Shown piece after piece: positions 1-7,907 of a stretch of DNA of 32,000 nt (its first letter is position 1; each line of letters begins with the position of its first letter). The position numbers and the translations under genes are program-made. Source of the stretch: Xanthomonas campestris pv. campestris str. ATCC 33913 (GTDB lineage: Bacteria > Pseudomonadota > Gammaproteobacteria > Xanthomonadales > Xanthomonadaceae); contig NC_003902.1 of assembly GCF_000007145.1 (NCBI RefSeq), forward strand, positions 4,316,497 to 4,348,496, written 5' to 3'. Below the pieces are notes generated by a model. That model ran no database searches. It saw only the letters and a list, made by a program, of their open reading frames with translations, and was not told the DNA's origin.

Positions 1-897
1 GGTATGCGAAAACGAAATCGGCTGGCCGGCGGCCACGGCCTTGAGCAACGGCGCCAGATCCGGCCGCGAACGGGCTACGTAGGATGCCAGCGAGCGGCGC
101 AGGTTGAGCGCCGGGTCCGGGCTGAACACCAGCATGCCTTCCGGCGACAACAGCATCGGCTGGATGCCGATATCGCGCGGTAGCTGGTCGATGATCTCGC
201 GCAGATGCCGCAGCGGCAGATCCACACTCACCATGCCCACTGGCGCGGCATCGGGCGCATCGCCGGGCCGGCGCAACGGCAGGTTGTAGCTGGTGTACAA
301 CTCGCCGCCACCGGCGCTGTTGACGGACGGCTCGGACCACCACGCATGCCCCTCACGCTGGGTGCGCAGGTACCACGGCATGCGTCGGTAGTCGTAGCCC
401 AGCTCTTGCGCGGAATGCTCGACCATGCGCGTGCCATCGCGGCGCACGTACCAGACAAATCCGGTGTCGTTGGCCTTCTGCGTGCCGGGCGCAATGATCA
501 GGCGCGCCGCACCGGTATCCGGGTCGCCGCTGAGCGTGGCCAGCAACAACGCCCGCAGGTTGAACGGCTGCAGCCCCACCGCGCTGCTGCTCGCCGCCAG
601 CGTGCGCCCGCTCACCTGCACCGAATCCAGCATCGCCGCCAGGCTGCGCGCGGTCTGCTCGGTCAGCCCGTCCACCTCGTTGCGTGCGGCATCCACCAGC
701 TCTGCGCGGGCGCCCAGATAAAACAGCGTGCCCAGCACCGCCAGCAACACCACCAGCACGCCGGTGGCCGCCAGCAGCACACGCATGCGCAGGCTGCGCT
801 GCCAGCGCACGCGCGGGGTGATGACCGCAGCCCGATCAACAGGTGGAATGGGGCCGGTGGTGATGGCATGCGCTCCCTGGCAGATGCCCAGGATCAT
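1..897 (-). CDS. N-terminal part of a membrane sensor protein (TM helix plus periplasmic Cache-like domain); the 3' end lies beyond the window start
   Basis: The minus-strand frame is open from ATG 897 (alternative ATG 786) to the window edge. It is absent from the ORF track because no stop falls in the window. Hand translation gives RWQRSLRMRVLLAATGVLVVLLAVLGTLFYLGA (TM helix), then YDYRRMPWYLRTQREGHAWWSEPSVNSAGGGELYTSYNLPL, a Cache-type signature. Third codon positions are G/C-rich. Confidence 0.6.
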   Translation of the reverse strand, partial: MILGICQGAHAITTGPIPPVDRAAVITPRVRWQRSLRMRVLLAATGVLVVLLAVLGTLFYLGARAELVDAARNEVDGLTEQTARSLAAMLDSVQVSGRTLAASSSAVGLQPFNLRALLLATLSGDPDTGAARLIIAPGTQKANDTGFVWYVRRDGTRMVEHSAQELGYDYRRMPWYLRTQREGHAWWSEPSVNSAGGGELYTSYNLPLRRPGDAPDAAPVGMVSVDLPLRHLREIIDQLPRDIGIQPMLLSPEGMLVFSPDPALNLRRSLASYVARSRPDLAPLLKAVAAGQPISFSHT

Positions 898-1157
898 CGC
901 AGCTTTGCGGCCCCCCACAATGGCCTCACGTCGGGCGCAGGCTTAGAGCAGCTATCAAAACGACTGCGCAGCCGCCAGGCGGGCGCGGCCGGTGCTCGGA
1001 ATCGGCATGTACCCACGTACACTCCGGTTCCTCCGCGCCGCCCGCACCCACCTGACGGCTGCTCGCTACGTTTTGTTAGCCGCTCTTAGCTGCCGTAAAT
1101 TGACCTCGCGGGCTCAAGCGGACTAGATTGGCCCCCCTACCGCCATGGAGGCCGGCC

Positions 1158-1826
1158 TTGCGCCAGATTCTTACCCCGAGCCTGCTGGCCCTTTTGCTTT
1201 CGGCCTGTAGCGCCCCGGAGACCAGCATGACCCAGACCCAATCCCCCGCCACCGAGGCCGCCGCAGAAGCTGACGTCGAAGCGGGCGGCCGCGGCCTTGC
1301 CAAGTTGAATCCCAACCCGCGCAAGGCCGTCGAAGTCACGCTTACCCTGAAAAATGCCCCAGGCGCCTTCGGCCTTGTCCAGGGTGCGGCGCAATACGAC
1401 GTCAGCAACGAAGACGCGTGCGGAAAGATCCAGCCGGAAACCGGGACCGCCGGGCGCATCACCAGCCAGGAAGATTTCGCGCTGAAGAAGGTGTCCGACA
1501 CCGAATACCGCGGCACGGTGTACCTGGACCTGATGCAAGACGAAGACTATTACGGTCGTGGCGTCTGCCATTGGGAATTCAGTGGCGCCAGCGTGATGCT
1601 CAAGGCGACTGGTGCGGAAGAAGAGACGCGGTTCCTTTCGTTTATCGAAGCCAAGACGGTGATGGCGCAGCAGGCGTCGACGGAGTATTACTGGAGCGAG
1701 CGCTATCCGCGTTCTGAGATGAGTAACTTTCCGGACATGGGCAAGCCTAACGCTGAAGAATTCAAGCCGGAAATTCGCGACAAGCTCTTTACTATCACGT
1801 TGGCCGCCAAGGAAGTTGCGCCATGA
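1158..1826 (+). CDS. Lipoprotein; putative immunity protein (X-Tfi-like) for the downstream lipase effector
   Basis: ORF 1128..1826. The best start is TTG 1158, preceded by GGAGG (1147-1151) at 6-nt spacing, giving MRQILTPSLLALLLSAC with a lipobox (LSAC). Its stop TGA (1824-1826) overlaps the ATG (1823) of the next gene. Confidence 0.7.
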   Translation: MRQILTPSLLALLLSACSAPETSMTQTQSPATEAAAEADVEAGGRGLAKLNPNPRKAVEVTLTLKNAPGAFGLVQGAAQYDVSNEDACGKIQPETGTAGRITSQEDFALKKVSDTEYRGTVYLDLMQDEDYYGRGVCHWEFSGASVMLKATGAEEETRFLSFIEAKTVMAQQASTEYYWSERYPRSEMSNFPDMGKPNAEEFKPEIRDKLFTITLAAKEVAP

Positions 1827-3136
1827 CCATCCCGTCTCCGCAATATGCCGGCCTTTCCGATGACGTCTACAAGGACCGTGCAGTAGGTCGGCGCGCACCT
1901 GGGCAAGAAGAGATCGTCACGATCGAAGGACAGCGCTACGCTGTTCTCGAGCATGTCAATAACAAGGCGAATGGCTACCAGGGCACGATCTATCGCCGCG
2001 AAGGCAGCGGCGAGATAGTGGTGGCGCACCGCGGCACCGAGGGCGCGGTCAATGACATCCTCACTGATGCAACCATGGTTACCTCGCGGACCAATCCGCA
2101 GGCAGCCGATGCGTTGGCGTTGACCAAGCATGCCTTGAGTTATGCAAAGGAAATCGGGAAAGAAGAAGGGCGCGCACCTGAAGTGACCGTCACCGGTCAT
2201 TCGCTCGGCGGCGCGCTCGCACAGATCTCCGCGCACCACTACGGGCTCAAGGGAGAGACCTTTAATGCGTACGGCGCTGCCAGCCTCAACTATCGCATTC
2301 CAGAAGGTGGCCACAGCGTCGTGAATCATGTGATGGCGGCAGACCCCGTGAGCGCCGCCTCACCACACTTCGGCGAAGTGCGTGTTTATGCAAAGCCGAG
2401 CGAAATTACGTTGCTAGCTGGTACTGGCTATAGCAACAGTAGGGCCAGCTTTCTGATCCCGGATGACCCGCTCGCCGCCGCTGTCGTATCTGTCGGGTCG
2501 CATAAGCTTGGAAATTTTCTTGGCGAAGGTTCTGCGCTGAAGGATCCCAATGCGCGTCCGCTTGCAGAACAAAACAAGCGCATGATTGATGATTATCGCA
2601 GTGACTTGAATACTATTCGAGCAACTACGGGAGTGCTTACGGGAGGCCCGGAAGGACTTGCTAAGGATGCAATCAACGCCGTCCGCGGCCCGCTAGCCCC
2701 GGGCGAGCCCGCCAAGCGCGATCACAGCAACGACCACACCTCGCTGCGCATCGATCAGCCCGGCCACACCGGCAACCCGTTGTTCCAGGACGCCCAGCGC
2801 GGCGTGCATGCGCAGGACCTGCGTGCCGGCCGTGCGCCGGATCACCAAAGCGCGCAGCTCTCGGGCGTGCTCGCCTCGGAGATGCATGCCGCTGGCGGCC
2901 AGCGTATCGATTCGGTGGCGATGAGTCCGGATGCGGCGCGCACGTTCGCGGTGCAGGGCCGTGCCGATGATCCGGCGCAGCTGCGCGTCAGCGTCGACAC
3001 CATGACCGCAATGAACACCCCGCTGGAGCAGAGCAGCCAGCGCGTGGCAGAAAACTCCGCGCGTCAGGCCGTGGCGCTGGAACAGCAGCAGACGCAGACC
3101 CAGCAACAGCAGCAGGGCACGCGCGCCATGGGCTGA
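1823..3136 (+). CDS. Class-3 lipase / phospholipase-like toxin with a C-terminal XVIPCD-like domain (putative X-T4SS effector, X-Tfe)
   Basis: 437-aa ORF. It carries the GHSLGG nucleophile elbow (Ser codon 2201-2203) in a lipase_3-like context (VVAHRGTE...VTVTGHSLGGALAQ). The C-terminal region of about 130 aa (HTGNPLFQDAQRGVHAQD...IDSVAMSPDAARTFAVQGRADDPAQLRVSVD...PLEQSS) ends in the Gln-rich tail ALEQQQTQTQQQQQG. An RBS AAGGAAG lies at 1809-1815. Confidence 0.8.
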   Translation: MTIPSPQYAGLSDDVYKDRAVGRRAPGQEEIVTIEGQRYAVLEHVNNKANGYQGTIYRREGSGEIVVAHRGTEGAVNDILTDATMVTSRTNPQAADALALTKHALSYAKEIGKEEGRAPEVTVTGHSLGGALAQISAHHYGLKGETFNAYGAASLNYRIPEGGHSVVNHVMAADPVSAASPHFGEVRVYAKPSEITLLAGTGYSNSRASFLIPDDPLAAAVVSVGSHKLGNFLGEGSALKDPNARPLAEQNKRMIDDYRSDLNTIRATTGVLTGGPEGLAKDAINAVRGPLAPGEPAKRDHSNDHTSLRIDQPGHTGNPLFQDAQRGVHAQDLRAGRAPDHQSAQLSGVLASEMHAAGGQRIDSVAMSPDAARTFAVQGRADDPAQLRVSVDTMTAMNTPLEQSSQRVAENSARQAVALEQQQTQTQQQQQGTRAMG

Positions 3137-3206
3137 GTGCGCTACGCGGTTGCAATTGGTGCGGCGTGGCCTGCTCCGCATCGCGCAGCCTCCAGCACCT
3201 CGACAC

Positions 3207-3230
3207 AACGCCGGCTTGCCGGCGTTTTTG
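3207..3230 (+). terminator. Rho-independent terminator after the lipase gene
   Basis: An 8-bp stem aacgccgg / ccggcgtt with loop cttg, followed by a T-run (tttttgttg). Confidence 0.6.
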
Positions 3231-3523
3231 TTGCCTGTTTGCGCACGGATGCACCGGTTTTGTGCTGCACACGCACAACAGGACCGCCCGCAACCAATGC
3301 GCAGGTGCGCCAATGCGGTGTTTTCTCGCGCTGAGATATTCCGCAATCACAGTTCGCCTATAGCGACCTCGACCGCGCTGGATCGCCATGCTTGAATCGC
3401 CAGCGGTTCGTCGTGGCACCTGGCCAGCTGGAAACAGCAGTACGTGCGCGCGACGCAGTGCACATCGGGGGGATCCGGTACAGCGCCACCTGGCGCGTCA
3501 TCCATCGATCAAGGGAGCGTTTC

Positions 3524-4525
3524 ATGAGGATGTTTTCTACGCGTCACACCCGTCTGCTGCTGATCCTGGTGCTGTGCATGGTCAGCGCTGGTGCTGGCGC
3601 GCAAGGGCTGGCCAAGGGCGCCGATGTCAGCTGGATCAATCAGCAGGCCGCCGCCAACCCGCCGCAGGTATTTCAGGATGCATCGGGCAAGACCACCGAC
3701 TTCATCAAGCTGTTCAAGGACGTGGGCGGCAACGCCATCCGCCTGCGCGTGTGGGTGAACCCGCAAGGCGGCTGGAACGATGGCCGCGACACCCTCGACA
3801 AGGCCAAGCGCGCCGCCGCGCAGGGCATGCGCATCATGATCGACTTCCACTACAGCGATAGCTGGGCCGACCCGGGCAAGCAGACCAAACCGGCCGCCTG
3901 GGCCAGTCATTCGGTGGCCCAGCTCAACACCGACGTCTACAACCACACCCAGGGCATCCTCAAGTATCTCAAGGACAACGGCATCACCGTCACCTGGGTG
4001 CAGGTGGGCAACGAGATCAACAGCGGCATGCTGTGGGACCAGGGCAAGACGCCCAACTTTGCCAACCTCGGCCAGTTCATCAACAGCGGCTACAACGCCA
4101 CCAAGGCGGTGTATCCCAACGCCAAGGTCATCGTGCATCTGGCCAACGGCTACGACAACGCCAACTTCCGCTGGTTCTTCGACAACCTGCGTTCGGCCGG
4201 CGGCAAGTGGGACGTCATCGGCATGTCGCATTACCCGCCGGTCGGCAGCTGGCAGGATTACAACGCCCGGCTGGACACCAACCTGCGCGACATGATCTCC
4301 CGCTACGGCAGCGACGTGATCGTGGCCGAAGTCGGCATGGACTGGCAGCAGGCCGCCACCACCCGCGCCATGCTCGGCAACCTGATCACCCGCAGCAACG
4401 CCATCGGCTCACGCATGCTCGGCATCTTCTATTGGGAACCCAACGCCTACCCAGGCTGGCAGGGCTACACGATGGGCGCCGTCGACAACAACGGCCGGCT
4501 CACCGAAGCACTGCAGGCGTTCTGA
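3524..4525 (+). CDS. galA: Arabinogalactan endo-beta-1,4-galactanase (glycoside hydrolase family 53), secreted
   Basis: ORF 3392..4525. The likely start is ATG 3524, after AAGGGA (3511-3516), giving the signal peptide MRMFSTRHTRLLLILVLCMVSAGAGAQG. GH53 hallmarks are present: GADVSW, NAIRLRVWVNP, DFHYSDSWADPGKQ, VQVGNEINSGMLW, GMSHYP, VAEVG. Confidence 0.9.
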   Translation: MRMFSTRHTRLLLILVLCMVSAGAGAQGLAKGADVSWINQQAAANPPQVFQDASGKTTDFIKLFKDVGGNAIRLRVWVNPQGGWNDGRDTLDKAKRAAAQGMRIMIDFHYSDSWADPGKQTKPAAWASHSVAQLNTDVYNHTQGILKYLKDNGITVTWVQVGNEINSGMLWDQGKTPNFANLGQFINSGYNATKAVYPNAKVIVHLANGYDNANFRWFFDNLRSAGGKWDVIGMSHYPPVGSWQDYNARLDTNLRDMISRYGSDVIVAEVGMDWQQAATTRAMLGNLITRSNAIGSRMLGIFYWEPNAYPGWQGYTMGAVDNNGRLTEALQAF

Positions 4526-4544
4526 TCGGCCTCGTTTGCTTGCC

Positions 4545-4770
4545 CACTCGCCGCCCCTCTCCCCTCGGGGCAAGAAGGCACGGCTTGCGCGCCACTGGCG
4601 CGCGTGCCTTGGAGCGCCCGCGCCGCAAGCGCGGGCCGGGGCGCGCAGCGGGGGGTTGGGGTGAGGGTACGGGGTGAAGCCCTCGTGTAATTACAACTGC
4701 ACGAGGCTTCGCCCGTACCCTCATCCGCCCCTGCGGGGCACCTTCTCCCGATGGGAGAAGGGGGGGGGCA
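4545..4770. repeat. Cluster of GC-rich palindromic intergenic (REP-like) repeats
   Basis: There is a nested hairpin at 4575-4610 (aaggcacg...cgtgcctt enclosing gcgcgcc-act-ggcgcgc). An imperfect palindrome of about 65 bp lies at 4660-4725 (ggtgagggtacggggtgaagccctcgtg ... cacgaggcttcgcccgtaccctcatc). A 9-bp hairpin ccttctccc-gat-gggagaagg lies at 4741-4761. Confidence 0.6.
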
Positions 4771-4986
4771 TGCGGCGACTCCGCCGCCAGCGGCCCTTAT
4801 CCTTTGGTCGTCCACCAGTAGCGGCCGCATGCGTGGCATCCGCCACCAACGCATTCACCGCACAACACCGTCCCATTCCATACGCACCCGTAGCGAGGAA
4901 TGGCAACAGGTGCGTGCGGTACACTTGGGGGTTCACGAATTCACGATGTCGACACACCCGCGGGGTGTGTCCCCCCGGGAGCGCTA

Positions 4987-7674
4987 ATGAACTGGTTGAA
5001 CGAAGTGCTGCACAACGATCCGAACCCGCTCGAGACCCAGGAGTGGCTCGAATCGATCAAGGCCGTCATCGACGTCGAAGGCCCGGAGCGCGCCCATCAG
5101 CTGCTGGAAGGCATGGTCGAACAGACCCGCCGCGCCGGCGCTTACCTGCCGTTCTCGCCCACCACCGAGTACGTCAACACCATCTCTCCGGCCAACGAGG
5201 CCAAGAACCCCGGCGACTCCGCGCTGGAGTGGAAGATCCGCTCGATCATCCGCTGGAACGCCATGGCCACCGTCGTGCGGGCCAACCGCAAGCCGGGCGA
5301 CCTGGGCGGCCACATTGCCTCGTTCGCGTCCAGCGCCACGCTCTACGACGTGGGCTTCAACCACTTCTGGCGTGCGCCCAGCGACCAGCACCCGGGCGAC
5401 CTGCTGTTCATCCAGGGCCATAGCGCGCCGGGCATCTACGCCCGCGCCTTCCTGGAAGGCCGCATCAACGAAGCCCAGCTGGACAACTTCCGCATGGAAG
5501 TGGACGGCCAGGGCATCTCGTCCTACCCGCACCCGTGGCTGATGCCCGAGTTCTGGCAGACCCCCACCGTGTCGATGGGCCTGGGCCCGCTGGCCGCCAT
5601 CTACCAGGCGCAGTTCATGCGCTACCTGGAAAACCGCGGGCTCATCGAGAAGTCCGACCGCAAGGTGTGGTGCTTCATCGGCGACGGCGAGTCGGATGAG
5701 CCCGAAACCCTCGGCGCCATCGCACTGGCCGGCCGCGAAGGCCTGGACAACCTCATCTTCGTGGTCAACTGCAACCTGCAGCGCCTGGACGGTCCGGTGC
5801 GCGGCAACGGCAAGATCATCCAGGAACTGGAAGGCGTGTTCCGTGGCGGCGGCTGGAATGTCATCAAGCTGCTGTGGGGCGGTTACTGGGATGCCCTGCT
5901 GGCCAAGGACACCGACGGCGTTCTGCGCAAGCTGATGATGGAAACCGTCGACGGCGAATACCAGAACTGCAAGGCCTTCGGTGGCGCCTACACGCGCGCC
6001 AACTTCTTCGGCAAATACCCGGAGACCGCGGCCATGGTCGCCGGCCTGTCCGACGACGACATCTGGCGGCTGAACCGTGGCGGCCACGACCCGCACAAGG
6101 TGTACGCCGCCTACAACCAGGCCGTGAACACCAAGGGCATGCCCACCGTGATCCTGGCCAAGACCGTCAAGGGCTACGGCATGGGCTCGGCCGGTGAGGC
6201 GCTCAACCCCACCCACCAGACCAAGAAGCTGGACGACGCAGCGGTCAAGCACTTCCGCGACCGCTTCAACATTCCGGTCACCGACGCGCAGCTGGAAGAC
6301 GGCAAGGTGCCGTTCTACCACCCCGGCGAAGACTCCCCGGAAGTGCAGTACCTCAAAGAGCGCCGCAACGTGCTGGGCGGCTTCCTGCCGTCGCGCCGTC
6401 CCAAGGCCAGCAAGTCGTTTGTCGCGCCCACGCTCGACAAGTTCGAGCGCCTGCTCAAGGACAGCGGCGAGCGCAGCTATTCCACCACCATGTCGTTTGT
6501 GCAGAGCCTCAACATCGCCCTGCGCGACAAGGAACTGGGCCCGCGCATCGTGCCGATCGTGGCCGATGAAGCGCGCACCTTCGGCATGGAAGGCATGTTC
6601 CGCCAGATCGGCATCTATGCCCCGTTCGGCCAGAAGTACAAGCCGGTCGATGCCGACCAGCTGATGTACTACCGCGAAGACCAGACCGGCCAGGTGCTGC
6701 AGCAGGGCATCAGCGAGCCGGGCGCCATCGCCTCGTGGATGGCCGCCGGCACCAGCTACTCGGTCTCCGACGTGCCGATGCTGCCGTTCTACATCTACTA
6801 CTCCATGTTCGGCTTCCAGCGCGTGGGCGACATCGCCTGGCAGGCCGCGGACATGCGCACGCGTGGCTTCCTGCTCGGCGGCACTGCCGGCCGCACCACG
6901 CTCAATGGCGAAGGCCTGCAGCACGAAGACGGCTTCAGCCAGGTCATCGCCGGCTCCATCCCGAATGTGCGTAGCTACGACCCGACCTTCGGTTTCGAAG
7001 TCACCGTCATCATGCAGCACGGCATGAAGGCGATGATGGAAGACCAGATCGACGAGTACTACTACATCACCCTGATGAACGAGAACTACGCACACCCCGG
7101 CATGCCGGACGGTGCGCAGGAAGGCATCATCAAGGGCATGTACCTGCTCAAGGACGCCGGCAAGCCCAAGAAGGGCGAGCTGCGCGTGCAGCTGCTGGGC
7201 AGTGGCACCATCCTGCGTGAGGCCATTGCCGCAGCCGAGCTGCTGGACAAGGACTTCGGCGTCACCGCCGACATCTGGTCCTGCCCCAGCTTTAACGAAT
7301 TGCGCCGCGACGGCTTCGACGCCGAACGTTGGAACCGCCTGCACCCGGAAGCCGAACAGCGCAAGCCGTACGTCACCCAACTGCTGGAAGGCCGCCAGGG
7401 CCCGGCGATTGCCGCAACGGATTACGTGCGCCTGTTCGCCGACCAGATCCGCGCCTTCGTCCCGATGACCTACAGCGTGCTTGGCACGGATGGGTTCGGT
7501 CGTTCGGACACGCGTGCCAACCTGCGTCGCTTCTTCGAGGTCGACCGTTACTACATCGCGCATGCGGCGATTGCCGCGCTGGCGAAGGACGGCAAGATGA
7601 CGGGCAAGGATGTGTCCCGGGCGATCAAGCAGTACAAGATTGATCCTGAGAAGGCGAATCCTGTTGGGGTTTGA
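4987..7674 (+). CDS. aceE: Pyruvate dehydrogenase E1 component (homodimeric type)
   Basis: ORF 4900..7674. The start ATG 4987 gives MNWLNEVLHNDPNPLETQEWLESI, which is colinear with AceE over about 895 aa, including the ThDP-binding region (GDGESDEPE...NCNLQRLDG). Confidence 0.97.
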   Translation: MNWLNEVLHNDPNPLETQEWLESIKAVIDVEGPERAHQLLEGMVEQTRRAGAYLPFSPTTEYVNTISPANEAKNPGDSALEWKIRSIIRWNAMATVVRANRKPGDLGGHIASFASSATLYDVGFNHFWRAPSDQHPGDLLFIQGHSAPGIYARAFLEGRINEAQLDNFRMEVDGQGISSYPHPWLMPEFWQTPTVSMGLGPLAAIYQAQFMRYLENRGLIEKSDRKVWCFIGDGESDEPETLGAIALAGREGLDNLIFVVNCNLQRLDGPVRGNGKIIQELEGVFRGGGWNVIKLLWGGYWDALLAKDTDGVLRKLMMETVDGEYQNCKAFGGAYTRANFFGKYPETAAMVAGLSDDDIWRLNRGGHDPHKVYAAYNQAVNTKGMPTVILAKTVKGYGMGSAGEALNPTHQTKKLDDAAVKHFRDRFNIPVTDAQLEDGKVPFYHPGEDSPEVQYLKERRNVLGGFLPSRRPKASKSFVAPTLDKFERLLKDSGERSYSTTMSFVQSLNIALRDKELGPRIVPIVADEARTFGMEGMFRQIGIYAPFGQKYKPVDADQLMYYREDQTGQVLQQGISEPGAIASWMAAGTSYSVSDVPMLPFYIYYSMFGFQRVGDIAWQAADMRTRGFLLGGTAGRTTLNGEGLQHEDGFSQVIAGSIPNVRSYDPTFGFEVTVIMQHGMKAMMEDQIDEYYYITLMNENYAHPGMPDGAQEGIIKGMYLLKDAGKPKKGELRVQLLGSGTILREAIAAAELLDKDFGVTADIWSCPSFNELRRDGFDAERWNRLHPEAEQRKPYVTQLLEGRQGPAIAATDYVRLFADQIRAFVPMTYSVLGTDGFGRSDTRANLRRFFEVDRYYIAHAAIAALAKDGKMTGKDVSRAIKQYKIDPEKANPVGV

Positions 7675-7682
7675 TCGCTACC

Positions 7683-7711
7683 AAAAAAAACGGCCGCAAG
7701 GCCGTTTTTTT
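7683..7711 (+). terminator. Rho-independent (bidirectional-looking) terminator of aceE
   Basis: An A8 run, stem cggcc / ggccg with loop gcaa, then a T7 run, starting 9 nt after the aceE stop. Confidence 0.85.
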
Positions 7712-7713
7712 AC

Positions 7714-7742
7714 TTGGAAAATTTTTATATTTGATTAATAAT
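7714..7742 (+). promoter_or_regulatory. Candidate sigma70-type promoter for the retron transcript
   Basis: TTGGAA (7714-7719), a 17-nt spacer, then AATAAT/TAATAA (7736-7742). The predicted start near 7749 coincides with the first base of the 5' inverted-repeat arm. Confidence 0.4.
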
Positions 7743-7748
7743 CGCCAA

Positions 7749-7907
7749 CGGGGGTATGGTTCATGTCGTTCGTCGTCGTATTCGTCGACCAGAAAAGGAC
7801 TTGTGGAGTCAAGAGCATCGCCGCTCAACGTTCCATGATGTCGCTAAATGTAACTGTCAGTCACTCTCAGTAACCTATAAGCGTTAAGTTGATGAGCCAT
7901 GCCCCCG
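7749..7907 (+). ncRNA. Putative retron msr-msd non-coding RNA (template and primer for msDNA)
   Basis: It lies directly upstream of, and overlaps, the start of a retron-type RT. Region 7749-7764 (cgggggtatggttcat) pairs with 7892-7907 (atgagccatgcccccg) over 16 contiguous positions (14 Watson-Crick plus 2 G-U). G7765 sits immediately after the 5' arm, where the branching guanosine lies in known retrons. Imperfect internal hairpins are at 7801-7838 and 7842-7883. No credible ORF is present. Confidence 0.55.

Noticed and set aside
205-1089. 294-aa plus-strand ORF at the window start
   Set aside because: The Arg/Gln/His/Ala-rich composition looks like nonsense sequence. The opposite strand encodes a coherent TM plus Cache-domain protein that runs off the window edge.
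3060-3125. CAG/CAA-rich tract
   Set aside because: It is not an independent repeat element. It encodes the Gln-rich C-terminal tail of the lipase-XVIPCD protein.
3137-3523. Several 65-157-aa ORFs in the lipase-galA spacer, and the 3392 start of the galA ORF
   Set aside because: They have no RBS and an Arg/Ala/Cys-rich composition. The galA signal peptide and RBS fix the true start at 3524, and the spacer contains the lipase terminator.
4984-7563. 859-aa minus-strand ORF covering almost all of aceE
   Set aside because: It is an antisense shadow of a confidently identified gene. The product is extremely Ala/Gly/Arg/Val/His-rich with no recognisable motifs, which is the typical stop-poor antisense frame of GC-rich DNA.
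7625-7828. 67-aa minus-strand ORF spanning the aceE stop, the terminator and the retron leader
   Set aside because: It crosses the terminator hairpin and the aceE 3' end and has no RBS. The region is better explained as promoter plus msr/msd RNA.
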